This document shows, in pieces, positions 11,216 through 22,453 of a stretch of 64,000 bases of DNA. Every line of letters begins with the position of its first letter. The first letter of the stretch is position 1. This stretch comes from Blastocatellia bacterium. Its GTDB lineage: Bacteria > Acidobacteriota > Blastocatellia > UBA7656. Both the position numbers and the translations under genes were made by a program. The stretch lies in assembly GCA_963765495.1 (NCBI GenBank), contig CAVXWP010000001.1:591898-655897 (forward strand), given 5' to 3'. Under the pieces are notes generated by a model. That model did no database searches. It had not been told where the DNA came from and saw nothing but the letters and a program-made list of their open reading frames with translations.

Positions 11216-12115
11216 ATGAAGAGATTGGCATTACTGATTTTTGGATTCGTATTGTTAACGGCGACAGCAAACGGAGCCGATGAAAAATCTCGCGCCGAAG
11301 AGATACTCAATCAGACAAGGCAGGCCCTAGGCGGCGCCTCAAAGCTCAACGCAATCCACGCCCTCACGGCCTCGCTCGAATTCCGCCGCGTAATCGAGAT
11401 GAAAGACGAGTCGGGCTCCAGCCAGACTATGGACCAGTCGGGAGACATGGATCTCGATCTGCTTCTGCCCGACAAATACATGAGATCAGAGACTACTAAC
11501 CTGATGGGAGACGCTCGCGTGACGATCATTCGCGCTGTCAACGGAGACCAGACGTGGTCAGACACGCGCACGAGCGGGCCGGGCATGATCATCGTTCGTG
11601 AGGCGAAACCGCAGGGCGCAAACAGCGCAAACGCCGGTCTGCGAGGAGAGTTTTATCGCTATCTGGTCGCGTGGCTTCTCGCCGCGCCTGCCTCAGAACA
11701 ACTCGAATACAGCTACGCCGGGCAGGCCGAAGCCGACGACGGCAGCGCCGACGTGATAGACGTGAAGGGAGCGGATGGGTTTTCGCTCCGCCTCTTCCTC
11801 GACAGCCAGACGCATCTGCCGCTGATGTTGAGTTACAAGACACAAAGACCTCGCGGAGGGCGAATGATAAACCGTCGCATGACGCGCGAGCCTATGAGCG
11901 AAGAAAGAATAGCTAAAGAACATCAGGAGGGACCCGAGCCTGAAATGGTCGAAGCGGAAATTCAGGAGCGGTTCTCTGATTACCGCAAGGTAGACGGGCT
12001 GATGCTGCCCCATCACATCTCAAGAGCCACCGACGGCAAGACCGATGAAGAGTGGGAGATCAAACAATTCAAGATCAACCCCGACCTCAAACCCGAAAAG
12101 TTTGTGAAGAAGTAA
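11216..12115 (+). CDS. hypothetical exported protein (possible LolA-like fold)
   Basis: Signal peptide MKRLALLIFGFVLLTATANG; AGGAGG RBS 9 nt upstream. Confidence 0.5.
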   Translation: MKRLALLIFGFVLLTATANGADEKSRAEEILNQTRQALGGASKLNAIHALTASLEFRRVIEMKDESGSSQTMDQSGDMDLDLLLPDKYMRSETTNLMGDARVTIIRAVNGDQTWSDTRTSGPGMIIVREAKPQGANSANAGLRGEFYRYLVAWLLAAPASEQLEYSYAGQAEADDGSADVIDVKGADGFSLRLFLDSQTHLPLMLSYKTQRPRGGRMINRRMTREPMSEERIAKEHQEGPEPEMVEAEIQERFSDYRKVDGLMLPHHISRATDGKTDEEWEIKQFKINPDLKPEKFVKK

Positions 12116-12210
12116 CACGTGATGCGTGATGCGTGATGCGTGACCGGAAGCACCCGGCCCATCGAAGCCCGGTTGTAACTCTCACACATCACGTATCACG
12201 CATCACGTCC
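12115..12210. repeat. heptamer-tandem palindromic element (GCGTGAT x3)
   Basis: acacgtgatgcgtgatgcgtgatgcgtgac ... cacacatcacgtatcacgcatcacgtcc. It overlaps the false 5' extension of the downstream ORF. Confidence 0.75.
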
Positions 12211-12222
12211 ACAGGAGTTATT

Positions 12223-14868
12223 ATGCAAAGACGGTTATCTTTTATCCGGTTGCTCAGCCTGATTCTCGTTCTCGCGTCCGTATTCAATCAGGCGTGGTCG
12301 CAGACCCGAACCCTCGATGGAAATTTGAGAGTCAGGGCGATTGATCCGCTAGGCGCGGCACTCGACCGGGCTCGCGTAAGAGTGGTGTCGGCCGAAGGGC
12401 GCGAAGAGGCGAGTGAAACCAATCAGAAAGGCGAGGCTTTCTTTCAAAAGCTTGCGCCCGGCCGGTACAAAATTATGGCCGAGGCCGACGGGTTCGAACC
12501 TGTACAGGTGAGCGATGTTACCGTAAAAGCAGGCAACAATCAGTTCGAGATTCGGCTTGAGGTGGCTCACGTAAAAGAAGAGATGGCCGTCTCTCGCGAC
12601 AACCGCGAAAAGCAGACCGACCCCAACGGCAACGCATTCTCGACCATTCTGACAGAAGATGATATTGCCAATCTGCCCGATGACCCGGAGGAGCTTTCAG
12701 CCGCCTTGCGCGATATGGCCGGACCGGGCGCAGGACCTCGGGACCCAACCATTCGTATCAATGGGTTTCGCGGAGGCAAGCTGCCTCCCAAGTCTCAGAT
12801 ACGCGAAATCCGATTTCGCATGAACCCCTACTCCGCCGAAAATCACGATGCCGATTTAGTAAGCATAGACGTATTCACAAAACCGGGAGTTGACCTCTGG
12901 CACGGCAATATGAATTTCGCCTTCAGAGACGAGTCCTTTAACGCGCGCAATCCTTTTGCCCCTTTTCGCGGACCTGAGCAAAATCGGCGCTACGGTTTTG
13001 ATCTTGGCGGGCCGCTCTGGCGCAACCACACATCGCTGTTTGTGAATGTCGAAGGGACATCTCTTTATGATTCCCAGACGATAGTGGCTGCGCTGCCCGA
13101 GGGCAATTTTTCAGACCTTATCCGCCGCCCCTCGCGCTCGCTTGACGGTTCGGCCCGAGTCGAGCACGCGCTGACAAAGACGCACAACCTGATGGTCGAA
13201 TATCAGCGCAACGCTCGTTTGCAAGAGAATCTCGGCGTAGGCGATTTCGACCTCGCCGACCGCGCTTACTCGACCGATGTGGTTGAAAATATTTTTCGCC
13301 TGTCCGATTCCGGTTTGCTCTCAAAGAGGATGATAAACGATTTCCGGTTTCAGGCTCGATGGCAGAGCCTCGATTCGCATTCGGCCACGAGTGCGCCCGC
13401 CATACTAGTGCTCGACGCCTTCAACCGAGGCGGCGCGCAGATAGAAAATCGTCGCCGCACGCGTGAGCTCGAACTTGCCGATAATGTCAACTTCGCCTCC
13501 GGCAAACATTCCATGAAGGCGGGCGCTTTGCTTGAAGCCGCAGGTTACACGAGCCGCGACCTTCAAAACACGGGCGGCACTTTCACATTCGCGAGCCTTG
13601 AAGATTTTCGCCTGGGTCGCCCGACCACTTTCACCGAGCGAGCCGGAGAGGCCGATGTGTCGTATTCCCAGTATCAGTTCGGCTGGTTCTTTCAAGACGA
13701 CTGGAAGCTGACCAAAGGTCTGACCCTGAGCCTGGGGCTCCGCCACGAAGTCCAGAACCATCTGGGCGATCGCAACAATTTTTCGCCGCGAATCGGGGTG
13801 GCGTGGTCTCCGTTCAAGAACGGGCAGACGACTTTTCGCGCGGGCGCAGGCGTATTTTACGACTGGTTTGCCGCCGAGACTTTCGAGCAGACCCTTCGCG
13901 TAGACGGCAAGCGCCAGCAGGAGATCGTCGTTCGCAATCCCGGGTTTCCCGATCCGTTTGGCGGCGGCGATTCGATAACGCTTCCGCCCGGTCGAATCAT
14001 GAGCGCGCCCGATCTCAAACTTCCCGCCGTTGAGCAGGCATCATTTATGGTAGAGCGCAGGCTGACAAAGACTCTGATGCTCAGAAGCGGCTACACCTAT
14101 CAATCGGGCGTAAATCTGCTGCGCGGCCACAACATCAACGCGCCGATTCCCGGGCTTGGGCGGCCCGACCCGACGGCGGGAAATATCATTCAGATAGAGT
14201 CAACGGCCCGGTCTACGCTGCACATGTTCAACGTAGGCGTGAGTCGCCTGACCAGAGGGTTCCATTTTAATTTGAACTATTCGCTATCGAAGGCTACAAA
14301 CGAGGCGGATTCGCCGCTTGCCTTGCCCGCAGACAATTTCGATCTGCGAGCCGAGCGCGGCCCCGCCCCCTGGGATGCGCGCCATCGCCTTTTCGGATTG
14401 GTGACCGCAAATCTTATAAAGGGATTCCGGCTGGGAGCTACGTTTACCGCGCGCTCGGCCACGCCTTACGACATCACAACCGGCTTTGACGACAACGGCG
14501 ACAGCGTAAGCAACGACCGGCCCGAGGGAGTTACGCGCAACAGCGCGCGGGGCTCTGCCCGGTGGGATATGGGAGCGCGTTTGAGCTGGGGGTTTGGTTT
14601 TGGCAAGCGGCCCGATACGGGAGCGCGTGGCGGGCGGCCAAAAATGATTCGCATACGTGACGGGGATGACGCGCTCGGCATGGTCAGTGGCGACCCGCAA
14701 GCGGTCGATAAGCGATGGCGCATGGATTTTTATATACAGGCCAACAATCTGTTCAATCACACAAACCTGATGAATTTCACCGGGGTAGAGACCTCGCCCT
14801 TCTTTGGGCAGGCGATTGCAGCCGCGCCCGGGCGCAGGATCGAAACCGGAATGAAGTTCAGCTTCTAG
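12223..14868 (+). CDS. TonB-dependent receptor-like outer-membrane protein with carboxypeptidase-regulatory-like N-domain
   Basis: Signal peptide MQRRLSFIRLLSLILVLASVF after AGGAG RBS; CarbopepD_reg-like domain; C-terminal ...GMKFSF beta-barrel terminus. The track start at 12133 is rejected as repeat-encoded. Confidence 0.8.
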   Translation: MQRRLSFIRLLSLILVLASVFNQAWSQTRTLDGNLRVRAIDPLGAALDRARVRVVSAEGREEASETNQKGEAFFQKLAPGRYKIMAEADGFEPVQVSDVTVKAGNNQFEIRLEVAHVKEEMAVSRDNREKQTDPNGNAFSTILTEDDIANLPDDPEELSAALRDMAGPGAGPRDPTIRINGFRGGKLPPKSQIREIRFRMNPYSAENHDADLVSIDVFTKPGVDLWHGNMNFAFRDESFNARNPFAPFRGPEQNRRYGFDLGGPLWRNHTSLFVNVEGTSLYDSQTIVAALPEGNFSDLIRRPSRSLDGSARVEHALTKTHNLMVEYQRNARLQENLGVGDFDLADRAYSTDVVENIFRLSDSGLLSKRMINDFRFQARWQSLDSHSATSAPAILVLDAFNRGGAQIENRRRTRELELADNVNFASGKHSMKAGALLEAAGYTSRDLQNTGGTFTFASLEDFRLGRPTTFTERAGEADVSYSQYQFGWFFQDDWKLTKGLTLSLGLRHEVQNHLGDRNNFSPRIGVAWSPFKNGQTTFRAGAGVFYDWFAAETFEQTLRVDGKRQQEIVVRNPGFPDPFGGGDSITLPPGRIMSAPDLKLPAVEQASFMVERRLTKTLMLRSGYTYQSGVNLLRGHNINAPIPGLGRPDPTAGNIIQIESTARSTLHMFNVGVSRLTRGFHFNLNYSLSKATNEADSPLALPADNFDLRAERGPAPWDARHRLFGLVTANLIKGFRLGATFTARSATPYDITTGFDDNGDSVSNDRPEGVTRNSARGSARWDMGARLSWGFGFGKRPDTGARGGRPKMIRIRDGDDALGMVSGDPQAVDKRWRMDFYIQANNLFNHTNLMNFTGVETSPFFGQAIAAAPGRRIETGMKFSF

Positions 14869-14930
14869 AATTTGAGATTTGAAATATGAGATTTGAGATT
14901 TGGGATTCCAGATTCCAGATTTCAGCATTC
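14868..14930. repeat. short direct-repeat cluster (GAGATTTGA / GATTCCA units) immediately 3' of the TonB-like gene
   Basis: gaatttgagatttgaaatatgagatttgagatttgggattccagattccagatttcag. Confidence 0.5.
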
Positions 14931-14965
14931 GACAGCAAGAGCCGCCCGTGTAATAATTTCGATCT

Positions 14966-16063
14966 ATGCGTTTAAGTATCAGGCATATTCGGGCGGCGCT
15001 CCTGTCGATCCTGCTTCTTTCAATCCCGGTCGCGGCGGCCAACTGGGAACGCGGTGTGGCGCTTTATAACAAGGGCGATTTCCGGGCGGCGCTGGCCGAG
15101 TTCCAGGACATTGTCCGAGAGCGCGCTGATGTTGCGGGCGCGTGGTATTACATAGGGCTTTGCGAGTTCAATCTGAAGCGCTACAACCGCGTAGAGTTGC
15201 CCCTTGAACGCGCCATTGATCTGCTTGAGATACAGACGCCCGCAAGCCCGGACATCGCGGGCGCGTGGTATACCATAGGCATTTCGCACTACCTGTCGAA
15301 CGAATACGATAAAGCCATCGAGCCGCTCAACCGATATATCGAAATCGCCACGAAGTCGAAGCGCGAAGTCGATCCAAGCGCGCGGGCGGCGCTTGGCCGG
15401 GCCTATTTTTTCCTCGAGCGTTATGATGAGGCCGCGCCCTTGCTTGCCGGCGCGGCGGCAAACGACAAGGCGAAAGAGAGCGGGACCGATTCTTATTATC
15501 TGGGCGCAATCTATTTCAAACGCGAAGACGACGACCACGCCATCCCCGCCCTCAAACAGGCTGTCAAAGCCAATCCTGAGGATACGGCCGCGCTTGAACT
15601 GCTCGCCGAAAGCCTTATGCGCAAGGCGCGCAAGCCCGGCTCCGACGCGCTCTGGCTGGAGTCGATTGAAGCGGGCGAGCGACTTCAGGCCATTCGCGAC
15701 GATTTGAAAACGGCCAACATTTTGGGGCGAGCTTACCTGGGCGCGCGGCAGTTCGACAAGGCCGTCGCGCCGCTTGAAAAACTGGCAAAGGCAAACCCGG
15801 ATAACGGGCAGGCGTGGCTTTATTATGGAATAGCGCTTTCGCGCAGCGGAAGGATGAGAAAGGCTATGGAGGCGCTGGAAATAACAATAACGCTGATGCC
15901 GGATTCAATCCCGGCGCTGTCGGAACTCGGTTACGTTTACGAAAGCGATAAGCAGTATCAACAGGCCCTTCGCATTTACGAAAAAGCCTTTAACGCCTCA
16001 AGTGACCCCGCGATGAAAGAGAGCATGGAGCGAGTCCGCGCTCTTGCCGCTCAACAGCCCTGA
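14966..16063 (+). CDS. TPR-repeat secreted protein
   Basis: Signal peptide plus repeated W/A-Y-x-G TPR helices. Confidence 0.75.
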   Translation: MRLSIRHIRAALLSILLLSIPVAAANWERGVALYNKGDFRAALAEFQDIVRERADVAGAWYYIGLCEFNLKRYNRVELPLERAIDLLEIQTPASPDIAGAWYTIGISHYLSNEYDKAIEPLNRYIEIATKSKREVDPSARAALGRAYFFLERYDEAAPLLAGAAANDKAKESGTDSYYLGAIYFKREDDDHAIPALKQAVKANPEDTAALELLAESLMRKARKPGSDALWLESIEAGERLQAIRDDLKTANILGRAYLGARQFDKAVAPLEKLAKANPDNGQAWLYYGIALSRSGRMRKAMEALEITITLMPDSIPALSELGYVYESDKQYQQALRIYEKAFNASSDPAMKESMERVRALAAQQP

Positions 16064-16159
16064 AGTATGCGGAGGCGGTGAGCAAAGGCGAGAGACCCGC
16101 AATCGACACGCCACTCGATTTCCCCTTATTTACGTTTCACTTTGTAGAGCAAAGCTCGT

Positions 16160-16522
16160 TCAGGCCGATGGAGACGCCTCGGCGGCTTTGAATGAGTCGA
16201 GGGCTTCTTTCTCGCCTTCGTATGTGTCAAAGACGGTAATCAGTTTGGTTATGGTCAGCAAATCCTGAATGCGTTTGGTCAGGCTTACGAGCTTCAACTG
16301 TCCTCCTTCGCGCTTGACGGTCGTATAGCTGCTGATGAGCGAGCCGAGCCCGGCCGAATCCAGATAGGTCACATCGCCCAGGTTTAGCAGTATCTGTCGC
16401 TGTCCATCGGCCAGAAGGTCTCTGATTCGGTCTTTGATTTGAAGGTCGCCTTCGCCTAAGATGATCTTGCCCGATAAATCAAGCACGCTCACACCGTTGA
16501 CGACCCTTTCTCTTATGTTCAT
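16160..16522 (-). CDS. STAS-domain anti-sigma-factor antagonist (SpoIIAA-like)
   Basis: MNIRERVVNGVSVLDLSGKI...DSAGLGSLIS; GAGGAG RBS before ATG at 16522. Confidence 0.8.
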   Translation of the reverse strand: MNIRERVVNGVSVLDLSGKIILGEGDLQIKDRIRDLLADGQRQILLNLGDVTYLDSAGLGSLISSYTTVKREGGQLKLVSLTKRIQDLLTITKLITVFDTYEGEKEALDSFKAAEASPSA

Positions 16523-16957
16523 AGCGTTCTCCTCGTTAATGTTCTCTGAAGTCGTGAAATTATCATAGCGCGGCACATGAGTAAACCCCTTGTGAGTTGA
16601 TCCGTCGCATGCGTGGCCTATCAGCCAGGGTCATTCAGTTTTCCAATATGTAGAAAGGGAAAAGGCGAATAGGCCGGGACGGACGCGTATGCGACGGATT
16701 TTCGCGGATCTGACTCTATATGATTTAATCCGAGTAGGTCAGCTGCAATTCCCCGTCAGCGTGCTGCGGCTCCATTTCAACTCCCTCTTGCGCGATACCT
16801 GCAGCTTGCTGCGAGGAGCTTAATTATTTTTTCCGCCTAAAATAATTCAAAGTTCTCCTTTTGTCCTCAACTCAAGAACTGAATGGCCCTGCCTATCAGG
16901 GCATGTCTTTCCTTCAAATCCACCTCTGAAGATTATCGACGACGCTTGCCAAAAAAA

Positions 16958-17006
16958 TCGGCGCGACCGCTTCAAGAAATTTCTTGAAGCGGTCGCGCCT
17001 TTTATC
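16958..17006. terminator. bidirectional intrinsic terminator (20-bp perfect stem flanked by an A-tract and a T-tract)
   Basis: gccaaaaaaatc-GGCGCGACCGCTTCAAGAAATTTCTTGAAGCGGTCGCGCC-ttttatc. Confidence 0.65.
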
Positions 17007-17036
17007 AATCAGGCCGGATGATCGCAAGCAAAGCGA

Positions 17037-20000
17037 TCATCTCAGTTTTGTCGTAGGATCTCCGAGCAATACCCAGGTCCGGCGCACGTCCGGATCGGTT
17101 ATCGCAGATTTCGCACGTCTCGTCGCTTCGCCGAGCGTCAATCCTTCGCCGCCGAACAAGCGCCGGTACGCTTCCTGATTCATCAGCCATTGATCGCCCG
17201 GTTGTGTAGTCCCTGTCGAAGCCCACACGGCTACTGCTCCTCCCTGTGTTGACTTCAACATAGACTCTGCAAGAGAGTCGACCGACGGGTCTTCAAAGTA
17301 CCCGTTCAGACACGTCATGGTGATAAAGAGCGACAACTGATTTCTGTTTGTCAGCGCGCTTGCGTCTCCCGAGGTCAGGATATTGCCTCTCCACAGATTC
17401 AACGATCCGTGACCTGTGTAGTTGACTATCTTTGCACCACGATTGATCGCGTCTATGATCTGGCCCCTCGTGGTCGCGTCGTCTGTGATACCCCGATCTA
17501 TCTCTTCGACTCTGAGCGAGCCGGGGATCAGCGCCCTTAAGGCCGTGTTCATCTCCGCGAAGTTCATCCCATCGTTGCTGTCGGCCACAAGCACTACGCT
17601 GCTTCCCGCGCGGCTATTGTCATAGCCTACGATCTTGCCGACCATAATTGATGCTTCCTGCGCGGTTCTAAACGGCAATCGCCCAAGCGCCACGTTCGCT
17701 ATCGCGTCACCATCCGGGTCCACGAGCGCATCGTCGCTTGCGGTCTCCATCAACGCCGTGTCTACAAGCTTCGTAGGCACGAGGTCTGTCACCCCGTATC
17801 CGAGATAGTCTCTCGGGTCGTAGCTTGCGTCTCCGGCAAGCAAGACGTGAGTCGGCTTCCGCTTCCAGCTTGTTATGGCGTAATTCAGGAAGTCTTCAAC
17901 CGCCTGCGCGCTCTTGTTTCCGAAGTTGAACTCGTCATAGATGTCTTCGACCTTTATCACACCGACGGCCATCTTCTGGCTCTGCCTGAGCGCCTTCAAC
18001 TGATCAAGCGCCCCCGCGTACTGCTTCGGTGTGATTATCAGGAAATCGGCCCCGTTCGAGGTTTGTCTCAAGCTCGACGGTTCGTTTGCTTCGGCAGATG
18101 CCACCTGCCTCACCTGATCGGAGGCATAGGCAAGCATGGTTCTCTGCCCCGATCCCTGCGCGAGCACCGTGATCGAGTAGCTGCCTTTTTGATTCACAAC
18201 CGTCCCGCTCACTTCCTGTACAACGTTCGGGTCGGTCACATCCATTACTTTGATCTGGCTGCTCGTGAACCCGCCGATTGTCACCGTCTGTTTGGCATCG
18301 GCCGTCAGTCTGAGGGAGTTGTTTTCAGCCGCGTAGAGATGCCGATAGCTGATGCGTGTGTAATCGATAAGGTTCACATCGGTCCCGCCGTTGAGACTCA
18401 GCAGGCTTATGACATTGTCGCCGTCTCTCAACTGCGACTGCAAAACAGGAATCGAGAGTGTGCCCTCTTCCTGCCCGTTGAAGCTCAACTCGCCTACACT
18501 CACTCCATTGAGTTGGATGCTCACCCGGTGCGGAACCTGCGTCACACCTTGCACGGCGACTTCAATCAATGCGTTTGATTCAACCGACCTATCCAACTGT
18601 CTGAGAGTCAACGTCTGATCCGCCGATGATGACGAGGTTATGACCGCGCCAAAGAAATTCTCTTTATCGCCGTTTCTAAGCGACGAGAAATAGATCGTGC
18701 GGTCACGGCGTTCGACCGTATAGCCGAATCCGCTCGGCCCGGCAACAAGCGTCTTGCCTGACGGTGCGGTAGCGATCCTCTTGCCTGCCGATGCGCCTTC
18801 GACGAGCCAGTAGACCCGCGTGTCAGTTGAAGGCGTATCGAGCCCGAGTCCATAAAATTCGATTGAATCCGAGGCATCAAATCGCCCGTCACCTTCTCCG
18901 TTGACCCGGATAGGCACTTCAACCCCGCCTACGAACAATTGCAGGTTGCGCGGGTTGACCGTCGAAGCAAGACCCGATTGCACGAGTTCAGGCTGAGTGA
19001 CGCGATACCACGCTTCGTTCTTGACCGACAGTTTGACCGCTGGTTGAGCGGCAAGAGTCGATTGGAGACTGACAAGCGCCGGGTGACAACTGAGCCGGAG
19101 AGGCCGCGCGACGTAACGATGTCGAGCCGGTTCCAAGGCTGAGTTGAGAGGCGTGCTGTCCGAGCCTCGCAAGGAATGTGGCGCGGGATTCGGAGATGGA
19201 TTTGCTTTGACTCGACGTGATGTCAATCGGACCATAGAAATTGGACCTGCCCTTGAGATCAACATCTTCGATCCAGTACCTGACACCCTTTCCACCCGAT
19301 GAAGGAATATCGAGCCACGCGTAAGAAAGCCCCGCATTGAGCGCGGTGTCAGCGCCCGCAACCAGAGCCGATCCGGCGATCAGTTGAGGCGTTATGCGGA
19401 CGCGCTGTCCGTTCTGCTCGCGGTACACATTGTAGCCGAGGTTCTGGACTTCGTTGGCCGTCTGCCACTCGATTGCAACGCGCCCGTCGTCGTAGCCCGT
19501 GGCTTTGGCCGTATCGAGTTTGACGGCGGTCGGCACGGTTATGATGATCAGGTTGTTGCCGGTCAGGCTCTGCCCGTCCGGGTTTATGATCGTCACATTT
19601 TGCGTGCCGGTAGAGGCGGCGGTCGTGTTGAGATTCAGCGTCACCGAGGTCGGGCTGTTATAGGTTACGCTGTTGACTATCACTCCGCCCGTTACGGTCG
19701 CGTCTATCCGGCAATTAAAGCCCGCGCCCGGATCATAGAAACCTGATCCGTTGACCACGGTGCCGGTGATCGTGACATTGAAAGGAAGTCTCATTCTGAG
19801 GGACGGCAAACGGCGTGGACATAGAGGGAGTCGCCGGAGGCGGAGCCAGCAGCTTCACAGCCCTCACGCCATAAGTGTTTGTCCCGTTGCAGTATTCCTG
19901 AATGGTCCATATCGTCATGTCGTCGCAGGGGTCGAGGCTCGTGTACGAGTAATCGCCCCAGCGGCGTCCGCCCCCCCCGCCCGGATCGCTCGGCGGATTG

Positions 20001-21896
20001 TAAGCCGTGCTGCTCGCGGTATAGCCCAGAAGCGTGGACCCGCCCGGTCCGTCTCTGAGCGTGCCGAGCGTATCGCCCGCGAGGCGGCCCGTCGTGAAGG
20101 CGTTTATGCGCTCGCTTGTTCCGGCGATGCTGCATCCGAGCGCCGCGTGCCCCTGCCCGGAAACCATTATAGAAGGTATCCAGTAGTTTCTCTGATTTGC
20201 GTCAACTATTCGCAGTATTGTCAAACAGCGTGCCCGATTGACGAACAGTGGGCGTAGTGGTCGAGGTTTTGAATCTCGTACCACCGCACAGCATTACGAT
20301 TGCGAGGAGCGGTCGCTCCCACCTGTGGCATTTACGCCTGTATTATGGGCGGTCCACAGGCGACCGTTTCTCAGGTGTGCCGCGTACAATCTATCGTCGA
20401 GGCTATCGAGCCTGCCGTTGTTGCCGCCCGTGTTACCGAGATGCGGAACCAGCACAGAGGCGTTAGTGGTTGTAACGGTCAGTAGGATGTTCGCCGAAAT
20501 CGTAGGCGTTCCACCGGGATTGGTGATGCGACGAAAATCCAATCGGCTGAAGAAGCGCCGCATCAACTCCTACGAAGTACCCCACCGCCGTAGGCCCCGT
20601 ATTGTTCGGGTCGTAATTATCAACACCTCTGGGCGCAAACGGACCCGTAGAGCCGACTACCAGATTTGCAAATGTGGTGAATACGATTGGCCCGGCCCCG
20701 AGTATCGAAGATTTTCTGATGACATACGCATTCGTATTTACGAAAGAGCCGGCCAACGAAAATTGATCGGTGCCGATATAAAGGGCATCCGCGTCTATGC
20801 CAAGCGACGGGTAATCGGCAAAATTGGTTGCGTCTGATTGAAACTGGAAGAAAGTCCAGACCGTGGCTCCCGTCAGTACGCTGTTGCTGCTCACAGCAAA
20901 CAGTATGCGATTCGGCCTGGTCGTAGCGCCGGTTGTGCCGTTCAAGACAACGTCAATGATGGTCAGGAACCAGCGACCCGACAATCGGTCATAGCGCACA
21001 TTCGGATCGGATGTAAATGCGACCTCGCCCACCCCCGGCGTGCTAATGACCGTGGCGAAAAAGACATCCGAGTCCACATTCAAAACACCATCGGCCACCC
21101 CTGTGTCCTTATTGAATGTCCGTATGCGACCGTTGAGGAATACGAGAAACTGCGACGGGCCGACAGCGCCCATCGTGTCGGGAGGAAAGGCTCCGGTCTC
21201 GGTCGGGCCGGTCGCGCCGTCAAAGGCGGTGCTCGGCGTCTGCGGGCCGGAGGGGAGAGGCGCTGCTTCGGGAGCGGATTTATCTACAGGGGGCCATTGC
21301 GGCGCGTCTATCGCTCCGGGCGCTTGCGGAAGGTTGCTTCTATCGGGGCCTTCCAACTCTCGCATAAGGCTTCGCGGATTGAACTTTTTGGCCGGAGTTG
21401 CGGCCTGTAAATCCATGATCTCGGCCGAGGTCTTTTGAATGCCTAAAGCGCCGTATTGCGGCGTGCCGACCATTTCGCCGATGCCTTCTCGCTGCTCGGA
21501 TCGGTCGGCCTCTTTGGCCTCTTCCGATTCTTCCTTTTCAGATTTCTCGGTTGATTTGATTGATTTTGTTGATTTCGGGTCAACGCTCTTCTTGGCGGCA
21601 GGAGCTGCGCCCGATCCTTTTGATACCTTTTGAGCAGAGATAACGGCTGTAAAGGAGAGGGCCACAAACAAGCAAAGCAAAAAAGCTATAGACTTGCGGT
21701 TGGCCAATCTCGCCCGAGCAGCAATCGCTGAAGTGAATATGGAATAAAGCTCTCTTTTCTTCATAATTATTTTTCTGATCCTCCCTACTTTAAGTAACTT
21801 CCAGACGAGCCAACCGATTCGGTGAATAATCGACCTGCCGGAGTACAAGTGCGACGAACTGTTACAACTACCAAACCCTTTCACGTCAATTTCCAC
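17037..21896 (-). pseudogene. disrupted giant secreted peptidase C25 (gingipain-like) gene, about 1600 codons in 5 frame segments
   Basis: Segments run 21896-20463 (signal peptide, frame 0), 20566-20294 (frame 2), an in-frame TAA at 20294-20296, 20284-19733 (frame 2), 19809-18988 (frame 1) and 19361-17037 (frame 0). The last segment carries the C25 catalytic region (YTGHGS...MTCLNGYFEDP). The 774-aa piece has no signal peptide or plausible N-terminus. Confidence 0.5.
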
Positions 21897-22353
21897 TGAT
21901 AAATTGTCAGGATGGCGAGGCGCCTGCTTGTATTATCTGAAAGACTCCGGCCCGCGCTGAACGATCCGAAAACAGCAAGTACAAGCTTTCCATTAAATTC
22001 GATTGCTCTTGATAGCACTCGATTCCAGGTGCAATCGAACCTCTACGTTGTCATTAATAATACAGCTTGCCTGAAAAACGTCAGGGGCTGATGGCCAGAT
22101 GGCTCAAGATGAAATCTAGTTCAAGACTTCAAGCAACTCAAAAAACCACAAAAGCCCCGATGCACGGCCTTGCACCGAAAAAGTTGAAATAGGCCAACCG
22201 CCCTGTTTTAAACCTGCTGGAACCCGAAAGACCTGGTTTCGCTCAAAGAGGCCGTTTGCGCGCGCTATTTTATTCTAAATCCGGGTTGATTGCAATAAGG
22301 ATGGAAATGAAGAAACCATTGTGCATGATTTGCAATAATTGTAGAATACGGGC

Positions 22354-22432
22354 GAACCTCCTCAATACAGAGACGGTTCTTTCGTCAGTCATGGCCGACC
22401 GGAGTCGCGACCGGTCGGCCATCTGTTTTCGG
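22354..22432 (+). ncRNA. candidate small RNA (promoter TTGTGC-17-TAGAAT, about 80 nt, intrinsic terminator)
   Basis: -35 at 22319-22324 and -10 at 22342-22347. Terminator hairpin atggccgaccgg/ccggtcggccat at 22391-22422 is followed by ctgttttcgg. The T-tract is only on the plus strand, so it does not serve the minus-strand HEAT gene. Confidence 0.25.
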
Positions 22433-22453
22433 ATACTCAGACTCTCACAAAGA

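Noticed and set aside
12133-12222. N-terminal 30 codons of the TonB-like track ORF
   Set aside because: Repeat-encoded; the real start at 12223 has an RBS and a signal peptide.
17847-21410. Several 130-250 aa plus-strand ORFs (17847..18578, 19751..20257, 20238..20837, 20838..21410, 21040..21438)
   Set aside because: All antisense to the C25-like gene segments, whose minus-strand frames carry the protein-like sequence.
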